Source of the DNA: Geosiphon pyriformis uo1
Taxonomy: Eukaryota > Fungi > Glomeromycota
Reading direction: 5' to 3'
NCBI GenBank assembly: GCA_016748015.1
Contig: JAAOMT010000372.1
Location: forward strand, 856,802 to 920,801
DNA: 64,000 bases
The translations under genes were made by a program, and so were the position numbers. Each line of letters begins with the position of its first letter. Position 1 is the first letter of the stretch. The notes under the pieces are model-generated. The model saw only the letters and a program-made list of their open reading frames with translations, had not been told where the DNA came from and ran no database searches. Shown piece by piece: positions 35,077-48,163 of this stretch.

Positions 35077-38000
35077 GTAACCTGGTTTGGAAGTTTGCTA
35101 CGTGCAATGTTTATGGGATCAATATTCTTGCTAAACAGGAAGATGTGGTACACTGACATAAGTGGTCAGACAATATGGTGTTTTTTATTACAGAAACCAA
35201 GCTATGTTTTAGTGTTGGACTTTGGATAGCTAATAAATTTGAGGGGGTTCAAGTCTTTGCTTCTGGTTTGGAAAAGGGTTTTTTAGGTGTTGGTGTGGCT
35301 GTTATTGTGAACAATTTCTTGGCTCATCATGTGTTCAAAGTGGAGGAGATTTCTAGTCAATTGATTTTAGTACAGCTCTTATTCAAGGGCAAGTTGTCAG
35401 TTACATTTTTGGGTTTGTATGCTGGTGCTTTGGCTGAGGCTCATTTTTATCAGGCTGTGGAAGTGAACTCTCTTATAGCTAAGGCTGTTAACTCCAGCAC
35501 CTTTGTGATTTTGGGTGGAGACTTTAATGAGAATGGTTCAGGTAGAAGTGCAAGCTTCAGATTTTGTTTGAAATTGGGTTTGGTCAATGTGTTTACCAAC
35601 TATCATTTGGTGAGGGCTTCCACTTGAAGCAATTTCAGAAGGGCTAAGAAGACAATTGATTATGTTTTTGTCAGTGGTACTTTGGCATCTGCTCTTGCTG
35701 GTCATCAGGTCAAGTCTGTTTCTGAGTTCTTTGACACTAATCACAATGCTGTTTTGGTCTCAGTTGGCTTGGGTGGACTTTTGGACATTCAGTTAAATAG
35801 CTTGTGCAAACAGGCTAATAAGAATCAGTGGAAGTTTAAGATTAAGGATGCGGATGGCCCCAAATGGGCTAGGTTCAAGGATCATTCCTTTGCTATGCTT
35901 CTGGTGGCTATGGGCAAGTTTTTCAGTGCTTTGGCTCTTGAAAATGTTAATGCTGCATGGTCAATTCTGGAGGAGATAATGGTTGCTTCAGCTGATGAAA
36001 TATTTTTGAGATGTTGGTTCAGTAAGTTTCAGTGCTTTAGAAATAAGCATTCCTCTAGGTTTTTTGGGTTGGAGCTTTTGGTTGTCAAAATTGGTAGGTG
36101 TTTCCACTCTAGAGACATGTCTGGAGTTGAGCGCTTTGTGAGGAAGTGGTCGACTCTTGATGATACCAGAGCTCATATCTTTGCTGACTTGTGTGGATCT
36201 GGTGTGAAATCTGAGGTAATTTTTAAACATTTATTATTAGTGCATAAAGATTACAGAAAATTAAAGCTGTTTGAATTGAGGTTGGCTGAGAAAGCTTCTA
36301 TTAGGAAGGTGATAGAGTGACGCATGGAAAAATTTTGTTCAGATAAGGGTGGCATAATTAGGAGTGTCTTGGATCAGCCTTTCTGCAAAGTGGTTTTGGA
36401 TTATTTGGTGGTAGATGAAGAGCTGGTGTTGGAGCCAGGTGACATGAAGCTTAAAGTTGATGAGATTATGGAGAGGTGGACAAGGAAGAGGGGTGTGTTG
36501 CCAGTTTTGCTTGATCTCTGGGCCTGTCAATATGCTCCTTTGGATTATGTGAGAGATGATGCTTTTTTGGGAGTGATGTGTGTAATCAATAAGGATGAAC
36601 TACTTTCAGTTGTCATGGGTCTGCCAGATGGCAAAACTGCTGGCTTGTCTGGCATTCCTAATAAGTTTTGAAAACATGGTGGGGAAGTGGTATTGAAATG
36701 TCTTTTGGATATTTTGAATGCATGTTTGGTATTAGGGGGTGTTTTCGTTCTGTGAAAAAGGGCCTGGATTTCTATGATTCCTAAATCTTACAACTGGGAT
36801 GGGGTTTTAATGAACACTCGGCCGATTGCACTTATTAAGACTGCCAGAAAGATCTTGTCCAAAATTCTTTTGGACCAAATTTTAGCTACTTGCAGCAAAT
36901 TTGGTGTTCTTTATGAAGACAATTTTTCTGTTTTAAAGGGTACGTCTACACAGTCTTCTGTGTTTGCGGTAGGCTCGGTGATTGAGGATGTATTGGAAAA
37001 AAATCGGGAACTTTGGCTGGTTCTGCAGAATATGCGCAAGACATATGACTCAGTTGGTTGGCATTACTTGGAAGCTAGCTTGAAGTATATTAAAATGTGT
37101 GATAAGTTTATCAAGTTCTTTGGTGGTATTCATACGGATAGGATCAATAGGGTCATAACAGATTTTGGTCTCTCAGATGGCTATATAGTACACGATGGCT
37201 TGAATTAGAGGGAGGTTTTTTCTCTTCTTCTCTGGAGGATCTTCTATGATCTGCTTTTGTGTGAAGTTAAATGACATGAACATTTGTGTGAATACTGAAT
37301 TAATACTAAGTTTGTGGCAAAGACTGGCAGAATTAAGAATGTTGGTGGATTAACCTCTTTCTTTGCAGCTGGTGCTTTTGTAGATGATACAATATGGATT
37401 GAGAATTGCCAGGCATCCACGCAATATGCTCTGAATATTGCTAGTGAGTTTTTTTCGATCAATAACATTTCTATTAATAATGAGAAAACAGTGGCCATTC
37501 CAATTAATCAGGGTGTACAGGTGGCTTCTTTGAATATTAGCAGTCAGCCTATCTTTATTGCTGAAAAGGGTGAGACTCATTGTTATTTGGGAATATTCTT
37601 GTCCACTGATGGACTGTCCAAGCCCAGTCTTACTAAGGCCTATTTTGATATTCGATTTTTTGTCAATGTGATGCTCAGAAAAGCAGTTATAGATAAACAG
37701 TTCTCTTATTTGGTGTTGGCTGTTTTGCAGCCTATTATTAGCTACTGTACTTAGTTCAGCTTTGTGTCTTTGAATGTGTGTCACAAGTGGGATTTTATAA
37801 TCAGAAAGAGTCTCAAAATCAAGGCCTGCCTTCCCTGTGACTTTCCTGATGCAGCTTTACATTACCTTTTATTATATGGCTTGAAACCTTTTGAGCAATT
37901 GCAGTCTAAGAGCAAGTTGGCTGCTGTGGTCTTTTTTTCTAATGCCTTTGGCATTCTGGGACACTTGTTTAATCACAGATTCTTGGATTTGCAGGTTTTA

Positions 38001-39761
38001 GGTTGGGCTTCCTTGAATCCTTTGCAGTTCTCTGTTAAGTTGCATGTTAGTCCTGTAAACAATTTTCTGGCTGGTATGATTAGAATCTTTTTGCATGATG
38101 GACTCTCTTTGGTGAATCACCTGCCTAGTGCTTTCCATAATCCTGGTGTTTTTTCTATGTTGTCTGTTCTGTGTAGTTTTCTTTATTATAATTTTGTTTA
38201 TTCCTTAAAACATTTTGGAGTTGCTTTCACAGATAGGTTGCTTGATAAAAAAAGTTGTGTGATGGATTGGAAGACTTTTCATTGGTAGAAACGGCTTGAT
38301 CCGAGGAGGCCTGTCCCTTTTTGGTTTAGTCTAACCAGTGAGTTTTTAGTTGGTGGTGGTATTCTGCCATCTGGTTTTTCTCGGTCTGTTGGGTGTTCTG
38401 GTTCAGACATTTTTGACTCTGAAGAATTTTTTGGGGTATGGGATTGCCTACATAAGTTATGGTCTGGTTCCTTTGAGGTCTTTATGGATGGTTTACTGGT
38501 GAATACTGGGTCTGGTAATGTTATGGGTGGCGCGGCCACTTACTTTTCTTCTGTGGATCTTAGTATTGGTGTTGGTGTTTCTGGGCTGTTGTCATCTACT
38601 TTGGCCAAGTTGTAGGCTGTTGTGTTGGCATTGGAGTGTGTTTCATCTTCTAGTGTAGTGGTGTTGTATTTTGACAGCCAAGCTGCCATCGATGCTTGTG
38701 TGTCTGAGATGTTTTTTGCTGTGTCTGATTTTTGTGTTCTGTGTTGAGTGGAGAGATGTCATATTTTCAATCTTATTAGAGAAAAAGATCTTAGTGTGAG
38801 TTGGGTTAAGGTTAAAAGACATTCTGGAGTTTATGATAATATTAAAGCTAATTCTGCTGCTGGTGCTGTTACTTATTCTCGGTTTTTTATGTCTGTAAGG
38901 GTACAGGAACGTTTTTTGAAGGCAGATAGCATGGTTTTGTCTGGCAATGCTTGTTATTTTGCTAGAGACTTACATAAGTCTGTCTGTCGCGCACGCTGGG
39001 AAGCTGGTTCTGGCTGTGATGTGATTCTGGGTAAGCTAGTGGGGTGTGTGAACTGGGTAGCTACCTTGAAAGTATGGCATTTTGATTCGTATATGCTTGC
39101 TGGTTTTACTAGTCAAAAGTCTTCTGGTCTACAGTCATATCTGATGAAAGCTGTTCACCGCCGCCTATCAGTGGCAATTCAGAAAAAGTTATATAACAAA
39201 GAGTATCCTGGTGTGCTTTGCTTGCTGTGTGATAAGGTGGAGTTGCCTAATCATGTTTTTTCATGCATTTTGGATGCCAGCATTTGGGAAGAGATTTTGG
39301 CTGAGGCTTCTGCTTTGTGGGTTTCCCTGTTGGGCCCTTGTTTTTTGACACCTGCCACTTTGATGTTTCTTGATAATTGTTCTTCTGATATTGGTCTTTA
39401 TTCAGTTTTGTGTAAGGATTTTGTAATGTCAGACTGGTGCCTTAAGGCCATTGGTGCTTTCAAGAATAAGAAGAAGGCTGCTGGTGTTGTCATTGATTTT
39501 GTTAGAGGTGTGGTAAAGCTGCATCGTACTAAGATTTGGTTAATTAGGACTAAACATAGGACAGATATGGAGAGAACTGGTTTGGTTAGAAATGGTGGGT
39601 TGGTTTCTGGTCTATTTTGTTGTGTAGCTTCTGCTTTGTCAGATAGTGTGATTAGACTACTTGGCATTTTGGAGTCTTTTGCTGTTAGTTTTGGTCATCA
39701 TCGGGCTTGTTTGTTCTTTTCTGGTTTGAATTTTAATCCGCAGGTTGTTATAAGTGTGTAA
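35073..39761 (+). pseudogene. LINE A ORF2: APE endonuclease - RT - RNase H - Cys/His finger (1563 codons, nonsense mutations only)
   Basis: ATCNV.GIN, ITETKL, LGGDFNE, IDYVFV; RT RPIALI, AFVDDT, YLGI; RNH VFMDG, FDSQAAID, KVKRHSG; CLLC...HVFSC. All track fragments share one frame. Confidence 0.93.
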
Positions 39762-40356
39762 TGATGCCTTGTCTGGCCTGAGTGGCTAGCCACATGTAGA
39801 AAGTATGTAAATCATGTTTAATTTGGGCTTCTTAGTTTGGTTCTATGTACTAAATAGTGATTGGGCTTCATTCTTTAAATGCATAAAAAAAAAAAAAAAA
39901 TTTAACTTAATAAAAAAAGAATTTATATTAAAAAACAATTAATACTAAATATACTAAAAATATTATTTTAAAATTACAAAATAAATTAGATAAAATTTAT
40001 ATAATTAAAACAAAAAATTATCAAGCAAAATAAAAATTATTTTATTATATTAATATTATATTTTTAAAATTAAAAATTAATTTTAAATATTTAAAACCAA
40101 TTATTTATTATTTAAATTTAGTTATATTAATTAATTTATATATATTAGTCAAAAATTACAAATATATTTAAATATTTATTTATAATAATAATAATATTAT
40201 TATTATCATCAATATTAATAGTTTAATAAATATGGTTTAGATATTATCTAGTATATATAAACAAATCAGATATTTATAATTAAATACAAATCATGTATTT
40301 ACTATATATAACCAGTTATTCAAGCCAATTAATATTATATTATATACAAATATTAC

Positions 40357-41106
40357 TGTTATGGGTTGGAGTAACAAGCTAACAGATAGCAAAAGAAAAC
40401 AGAATTATAGGGTAATGGAAATAATCAAAGAGAATTCAACTTCAAAGAGCAAATTGAATGAGTATGGATTCAATATGTGAGATCAGTCTCATAAAATATC
40501 TCAGTCGCTATACTTTTCAAAGATAACCAGGGAATTTAAAGGTAGAAGAATAGTTTGTACTGTCAACAAATGATTATGCTTAGTATAATTCTATGTCTCA
40601 CATCGGTGCTCTTAGAATTCAATATCAAATATCAGATATGCTCTTCAGTCACGTTTTATTCAATAATCTTCAAATGCTGCAATTACACATTTCAGAAAAA
40701 GGATAAGTAAATGCCAACAAGTAGTTTTTTATCTTTAAGATATTCAGATACTTGAAGATAAGAAAAGAGAAATTAGTGATAAGAGAAGGATTGAGATGAA
40801 GTTGTTATTTTATTTTTTTTATTTCCTTGATTGCTTTATGCTTTTCTACAGCTAAAAGATTCATTGCTTATATAGCTGTTAAAAGTGGTTAATGAACAGG
40901 TCAATGACTAGATCAATGGTTAGGTCAATGATCAAGTCAATAATTAGGTTATTGATTAGGTCAATGATCAGGTCAATGATCAGATTAATGGTCAGATCAT
41001 TGATTAGGTCAATGATTATTTTTTAAAAATAAAGTGGCTAATTTATGTGACATTAATGGCTAATACATGTAATAATTAATAAAAAGTATAAGTTTCAACT
41101 GTAATA
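40357..41106 (-). repeat. 3' LTR of element B
   Basis: Direct repeat of 47419-48159; contains a 10/20-bp tandem (GGTCAATGAT/CA) tract at ~40895-41015. Confidence 0.92.
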
Positions 41107-41161
41107 TTATCTTCTCCAAAGAAATTGAGCTCCAATGAAATCAAGCTATTTATGATGTAAT

Positions 41162-41827
41162 CTATTGGAAAGGTTTATCTAACTCAAAGCTAACCAGTTT
41201 GTTGAAGTCTTTTGTGGATAAGGTGTATAACACTTGAGGTGAAATGAGTTTTGTATCCAAGAGACCAAATCTTTGTATTAGAGTTTTGGCTCTTTTAGCA
41301 ATAGTTAAAACTCTTGGAACATCTAACCATATAATGCTCAAAATTTCTGCCTGTATCTCTGAAGTTGTTTTCTTCATGAGTTTCATATCTTCTATGATTT
41401 CACCAAGGTAACTATAGAGTTCTAATTGCTTTCCATATGACAAGTTTTTGTCTATAAGTAAAATTTCTTGAAGTGTTTTTCCAATTGTGTTGGAAGGTGG
41501 GAGTATAGCTGCTGTTATACTTTTCAACAGATATTTATCCATTTTACTACCAATTTTTTCTCTTCTGGTAGTAGTTTTCTTTGGTCTAATAACAGTATGT
41601 GTTCCACTGTTATTAGTTATGGTAGTTTGTTTTCCAATGGTTAGAGTAGTATTTGGATAGTTTTTGATCCAATATTTATGGAGAGTATAGAAGGTGTTTT
41701 GAATGTTTTGATTCAGAAAATAATTGTTTATGTCAATTGAAGATACCTCTGTTTTGGGAATAATGCGTTTATTTATACTTGATTTTTGCTGATCATTTGA
41801 GTCAATATTATCACAACAGGCAGCCAA
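41162..41827 (-). CDS. ORF3 of element B (env position), unknown function
   Basis: 221-codon open frame between IN and the PPT, with the motif pattern shared with element A ORF3. True start uncertain. Confidence 0.6.
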   Translation of the reverse strand: MAACCDNIDSNDQQKSSINKRIIPKTEVSSIDINNYFLNQNIQNTFYTLHKYWIKNYPNTTLTIGKQTTITNNSGTHTVIRPKKTTTRREKIGSKMDKYLLKSITAAILPPSNTIGKTLQEILLIDKNLSYGKQLELYSYLGEIIEDMKLMKKTTSEIQAEILSIIWLDVPRVLTIAKRAKTLIQRFGLLDTKLISPQVLYTLSTKDFNKLVSFELDKPFQ

Positions 41828-43090
41828 TCAGGTCGTTTATGATATTTTTTGAGTTGTGTACCATGAATAGGATGATTATTGAAGATTGTTCTGGATTGAT
41901 CTTGAAGAATATAAGAACTATTGTTCAAAACTTTGTTGACTATAAAGGGTCCTTTCCACCAGCTAGAAAATTTATCATCATAAACATTGTCTTTATCCAA
42001 ACAGTATTTCAATACTAAGTCACCAACACTTAAAGAAAGTGTTTTATAGGTTTTTTTTTTCTTAAGCTTTTTTTGGAACTGTTTTATCTTTTCAATAACA
42101 ATTATTTGTGCTTCTACCAAGGAGTCAAGAATGATATCAAGTCTTCTTTGCAAAATGTCTTTGTAATTTCCTATTGTAATCTCTTCAAAGTGTATTGTTT
42201 CAATGTTAGTTTCTATTGGTAATATTGTTATGCATCCATAGAGCAGATAAAAAAGTTCATAACTTGTTATGTTATGATTTACAGTTCTATAAGCAAACAA
42301 AGCTGAAGGCAGTACTTTGTCTCATAAGTTTGTTTCTTCACTGGTTTTGGCTAAGGTTTTACATAGTGTTCTATTAAAATGTTCTACTAAATCATTTGTT
42401 TAGAGGTAATAAGGGGAGGAAAGTTTATAATATATTTCCATTTTTCTACAAAGTTCTTCAACCAGTGTACTGAAAAAAGCTCTTTCTCTATCAGATAAAA
42501 GTTCTTTGGGGCAGCCATGATGGCATATAATATCTTCATAAATAAAATTGGCTATTAAGACTGCTGTTTGGTCTGGAGTGGCTCTTGCTTTTACCCACTT
42601 TGTAAGATAGTCGGTAGTTGTGATAATATATCTGTTGCCATTAGAAGTGATTGTTAAGGGTCCAATAACATCTATACCAATTCTGTCAAATAGTTGACCA
42701 ACAGAGATTGAATGGATATCTTCTTTGTGATTGGGTTTGCCTTTTCTTTAACAGATGTTACAGGTTTTGATGTATTCAGCAATGTCTTTTCTCAAGGTAG
42801 GCCAATAATAGCAAGCTAAAGTTTTCTGAATTGTCTTTGTTTTTTCAAAGTGTTCAGCTAATGGGTCAGTATGCATGTTGTATATGACAATTTCTCTTTT
42901 TTCAAATCTAATGACTCTCTGGAGACAGTCAAGATCTTTTTTGTTTCTTTTGTATAATTGGTTCTGGTGGATCAAATAGAAATTTGATTGTTTATGCAAA
43001 TGTTCTCTTTGTTGTTGAGTATATTTAGATGGGTATTGTCCTTTATCTAAAAATTCCATTAAGGCAGAGTAGTTGTCCAAGTCTATTATA
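41773..43090 (-). pseudogene. Integrase of element B in its own frame
   Basis: MHTDPLAEHF..CNIC, IGIDV, NDLVEHFN, WKGPF; +1 frame relative to RNH. Confidence 0.88.
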
Positions 43091-46000
43091 GTGTTTGTTT
43101 ATAAAGGAGTTACTAATAATTAAGTTGGTTTGGTTTGAAAGGTTGTACTGCCACTGGATGATAAGTCTAGATAGAGCATTGGCATTTTGATAATTTGCTC
43201 TTTTGTGGTGTTGAATATTATAGTTGAATTCATCCAAGTGAAGTATTTAGCAAGTTATTTGTTTGTGTTTTAGCTTCTTTTTCTTGTACAGCCAAACCAA
43301 GGCTTGATGATCTGTTATCACTAAGAATTTTGCACCAAGAAAATATTGATCCCAGTAGTTAGTAGCCCAAACTACTGCTAAACATTCTTGTTCAGTAACT
43401 GAATAGTTCTTTTCAGCTGGTGTGAAGGATCTACTGGCATATGCTATGGCATGTTCTTTGCCATTTTCATCTTTCTGTGAAAAAACAGCACCAAGTCCAT
43501 ATCCAGATGCATTAGTGTGGAGGATAAAAGATTGGTTCAGATCAGATTGTTTGAGAATTGGTTCAGTAATAAGTTTTTCCTTCAGAAATTCAAAAGCTTT
43601 TTGTTAATGAGTGCCCCAATAATAATTGACATCTTTTCTGAGTAGCTGATTGAGAGGAAAGGCAATTTTGGAGAAATCTTTAATAAATTTGTGATAGTAA
43701 GAGGCCAAACCAAGGAAAAAGCATAGTTTAGGAACATTCATTGGTTGTCTAATGTTCTGAACTTTTTCAACTTTAGCTAAGTCAGGAAAGATTCCATCTT
43801 TTGTAACAAGATGACCAAGGAATTGGGTGAATTGGTGTCCAAAGAAAAATTTGATTGGGTTGATCTTAAGGCCAACATTTCTGAGCAGGTCAAAAATCTT
43901 TTGTAAATGTTCAAGGTATTCATCCCAAGTTTTTGAATATACTATTATGTCGTATAAATAAACCAGAACAAAGTTTTTTTTTACTGATTCAAACACTTTA
44001 TTTATTAGATGTTAAAAAATGGGAGGAGCATTGATAAGACCAAAAGGCATGACTGTGAATTTATATGTGCCATACTTGGTAATAAAGACAGTTTTCTTTC
44101 TGCTTTCTGGATCCATCTCTACTTGCCAGAATCCAGCAGTTAAGTCAATGGTTAAGAAAAAAGCAGCACCATTGTATTTATCTAGCATTGCATCAATTTT
44201 GGAGAATAGATACATGTCTCTTATAGTGATGGCATTTAATTGGCAGTAGTCAACACAGAAGTGTAGAGTTCCACCTTTCTTGGATACTACTACAACTGAA
44301 AAAGCCCATTCACTTTTAGTTTCTTGTATGAATCCAAGATCTTTCATTCAGTTTATCTCTTTTTTGATAAACTCATCATTACGTTGATTGGATTGATAAG
44401 GCTTCAAATAGATGGGGTGAATTTCTTTGGTGGTGATGATGTATTGTATTACATAAATTCATCCAAAGATATCATCTTCTTTTGAGATAACTGGGCTATT
44501 TCTAGCCAACAGATTTTCAATGTCTACTTTCCTTTCTTTAGGGGAAGGTTCTTTTTGTTCTACAACTAATAATTGAATTTCAAGTGGTTTACTCTCAAAG
44601 GACTTTTGTACTTCTTTTAGTTTTTCTCTGAATATCAAGCTAATTGATTCCCAATCTTTGTAATAGATCAGGCAGAATTTGCATTCATTACTTGGTGAAT
44701 ACAAAAGTTTATTACACTAATACTATACACAAGAGCCATGTCACCAATAACTGTATTTTGCTTTCTTGCCAGGTTTTCTGTCAAAAGTTCTTCTGAGGAT
44801 ATTATAATAGGGCCAGCAGATTAACTTGTCATTTACCATGATTCTTTCTTTGTTAGCTTTAACATTATCCAGTGACTTGTCATTGCTGGTAAAGATGGTA
44901 TAGGTGAGTTCAGCAGTTTCTTCTTGTTCTTCTTGATCTTCATTATTACTCTTATTATCATCTGATTCATCTGATTGTTCTTCTTTTTGGTCTTGCTTGG
45001 GTACTGGAGGAGTTGTTTAATGATGACACTTAACCACAATGAGTTTTTCACTACATCGGATGGTTAGCTCACAAAGCTCATAGTCAAGTAGTGCTTTGGC
45101 TTTCTTAAGCCACTTATTGCCAACAATTATGGTGTACTCTTTTGCTTTAGATACTTTCATATTAGTTTCAATGCTGATACCATTAATGCGAACAAGAATA
45201 GCTTTGGCTATGCCCAGATCTTTCTTCTTGTCACCATGTATATTGGTTATTGGTCTTGTGAATGGTTCATTAATCTTTCTACCAATTGCTTCTAAAAAGT
45301 GTTTGGCAATGACGCTAACAGATAATCTACTGTCCAGGATCAAGTTAATGAAATAGTCAGCCACTTGGGCTTTACAAATCAGAGAGGTGACATTGCTATT
45401 ATCAGCAAGTCCAGCTTGGCAAGAGTGTTTGTTGGTCTTTGGTGTCTTTTTCTTTGGTATCAAAGATTTGCAAAGATCTTTTCTGAACTATAGATGGGTC
45501 ATTAATTAGCCAAATGTAATATGTACTGGAGTTTCCATGAGATCTTTAACAACAGAATAAGAACCAGATTTTTGTACTATTTCTGGGAGTTTCAACTTTG
45601 AAAAATTCTTGAAAACTTTGGCCTTTGGTGGCTTATTGTTATCAGCAGATGATTTGGATGCTTTGTTTGGGTCCAAAATAAAATCAATCTTGGCTTTCTT
45701 CTTCTTTCTCGTTGATTTAGAGGTGTTGATTGCTAGTTCATTTATATCATGATTATCATTAGTTAGGTTAAAAGCATAAAAGGGGTTTTATTCTGGTTGG
45801 CTTGCACTCTCATTCTTTGAAGGTGCATCTACTAGTTTAAAGACTAATAAACAGTGGCTTCAACTAGAAGATCCTCTCCAAAGAAATCGATGTTAGCATA
45901 ATTGGGTCTTTGATTGGGGACATTGTTGTTGATGATTCTGTTGTTTTGATTGTCATTGTTTCTAGGAGCTGGAAGGGGCAATGGAGGATTGTTGCAGTCT

Positions 46001-47390
46001 CTTGAGAAGTGTCCAGTTAGTCCACAACAATAGCACATAGGTGGGCCACAATTTTGTTGTCTTTGATATAGTGGTTGCTGTGGCTGATTAAAGTAGGGTT
46101 CAAATCTGGGTCTTTGGAGTTGTTAATTCTCTCTAACTGCTTGGGCCAAAGGTTCTAATAGCTGGGCAAGATTTGCTGTGAGTCTATCTATTAAATGTTT
46201 ATTTGGATCTTGAGTTTGAGCAGCAAAAAAAGTAGCAGCCATTTGTGGAGCAGGAGCCATAATAAGAGCAGGAGCAAAAACTGAAAGCATAGATCCCAAG
46301 TGCATCTTTTGGTTGTCTTCAATTTATTGGACAAGTTCAATAACCATGTCCATTGTTGGGTTGTCTTTTAAAGCCAAAAGAGGCCAAAGAGCATATAATA
46401 GATTAGTTTTTAATCCTTTTGTGAAGAAATATATTTTCTGCTTTTCTGTCTAATTTCTTCTAGAGTTTACTTGTTTAATGAGTTTTCTTATTGCTTTGGC
46501 GTATTCTGTCACAATCTTACCAGGACTTTGAGTTCTTCTTTCTAATTCCATATGCCATTTTGAGATTAAGATGGGAGTTCTAAATTTAGTTTCAAATCAG
46601 ATTGTGAAAGAGGTGTTTTTTTCTCCAGTATTTGTTGATGTCCATCTAATGATTCTTTGGTGAACACCAATATCAGTTTCTTGTGAGAACCAAGTAGCAG
46701 GAGAGCCTTGAAGGTAACCACCAACAATTTAGAACTTGTATTCATTATTATATTGATTAGCTGTGACAGCTCTTTCAAAGTCATTCAATTATTCAATTGG
46801 ATTTTGTGTATCTCCTCTGAATAATGGTAATGGGGTGTTGTTTCTTTGCCCTAAAGCAGTCTGTATGCCTTGGAGGGCAATTAGAATGTTTTGTTGTAAA
46901 GGGTCTTAAGCCATTGGTTCAGGTATAACTGTTTGTGTAGAGTATTCTGATTCACTTGAAAAGAGATCAAAAACAGAAGTGGTTTGATAGCTTTCTTCTT
47001 CTGTTTCAAGAGGAGTTTCTGTTGATTAATGAGCAGCAATCCAAATATGGATTTGATGATTCAGATATTCGAAATCAGGAAGCTGTTGTTCAAAAGTTGA
47101 TTAATACTGTTGTTTCTTTTTTCACAGTTGTCTTCAACGTAAGCTTGGTCAAAGTAATAAGTTGTATAAGCTGTATAGGTTTCAGCTGAATGCTCATTCA
47201 GGAACCAGTTTTAAAAGTCTTGGAATTGTCTGCTGGATTGTTTTTCAATGGGGAAGCAAATCAAACAAGAGGGCAGAGAATTGAGTTCAATAAAGTCTAA
47301 ATTGTTTTTGTTGTGTGCTTCAAAGTGTTCTTCTAATTGTTGTGGCAGATATAAATAATCACCCATACAATAGGAAACAAAGTAGATTTT
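43043..47390 (-). pseudogene. gag-pol: gag-pol of element B (capsid, CCHC knuckle, protease, RT, RNase H; no dUTPase)
   Basis: CYCCGLTGHFSRDC, LILDS(R), CVDY.QLN, MPFGL, YLYD (mutated YLDD), HTNASGYGLGAV, EQEC.A. Confidence 0.9.
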
Positions 47391-47418
47391 GACAACCTTA
47401 CAGGAAGCACTACTTTTA

Positions 47419-48159
47419 TGTTATGAGTTAGAATAACAAGCTAACAAATAGCAAGAGAGAACAGGATTGTAGGGTGATGGAAATAATCAAAGAGAATTCA
47501 ACTTAAAAGAGTGAATTGAATGAATATAAATTCAATATGTAAGATCAGTCTCATAAAATATCTTAATCACTATACTTTTTAAAGATAACTAGGAAATCTG
47601 AAGATAGAGAAATAGTCCATACTGTTAATAAATGATCATGCTTAGTATAATTCTATGCCTCACATCAGCACTTTTAGAATTCAATATCAAGTATTAAATG
47701 TGCTTTTTAGTCATGTTTTATTCAATAATCTTTAAATACTGCAATTACATGTTTCAGGAAAAGAATAGATAAATATCAACAAGTAGTCTTTTATCTTTAA
47801 GATGTTCAGATACTTGAAGATAGGGAAAGGAAAATTAGTGATAAGAGAAGGATTGAGATGAAGTTGTTATTTTATTTCCTTGATTGCTTCATGTTTTTCT
47901 ACAGCTAAGAGATTTATTGCTTATATAGCTGTTAAAAGTGGTCAATGATTAAGTCAATGACTAGATCAATGGTCAGATCAATGATCAAGTCAATGATCAG
48001 GTCATTGATCAGGTCAATGATTAAGTTAATGATCAGATCAATGGTCAGGTTATTGATCAGATCAATGATCACTTTCTAAAAATAAAATGGCTAATTTATA
48101 TGAAATCAATGGTTAATACATGTGATAATTAATAAGAAGTATAAGTTTCAACCATAACA
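47419..48159 (-). repeat. 5' LTR of element B
   Basis: TGTTATG...CATAACA termini; same internal tandem tract at 47941-48070. Confidence 0.92.
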
Positions 48160-48163
48160 TTAC

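Larger units (their letters stand above)
33078..39900 (+). mobile_element. Full-length LINE A (L1-like architecture with RNase H), poly(A) tail
   Basis: Pyrimidine-rich 5' end after an A-run, ORF1 and ORF2, ~125-nt 3' UTR, A16 tail at 39885-39900. Confidence 0.95.
40357..48159 (-). mobile_element. Full-length Ty3/Gypsy LTR retrotransposon B (7.8 kb), degenerate
   Basis: LTRs 40357-41106 and 47419-48159, 4-bp TSD TTAC (40353-40356 / 48160-48163), decayed PBS TAGTGCTTCCTG at ~47401-47412, PPT-like GGAGAAGATAA, gag-PR-RT-RNH-IN order. Confidence 0.94.
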
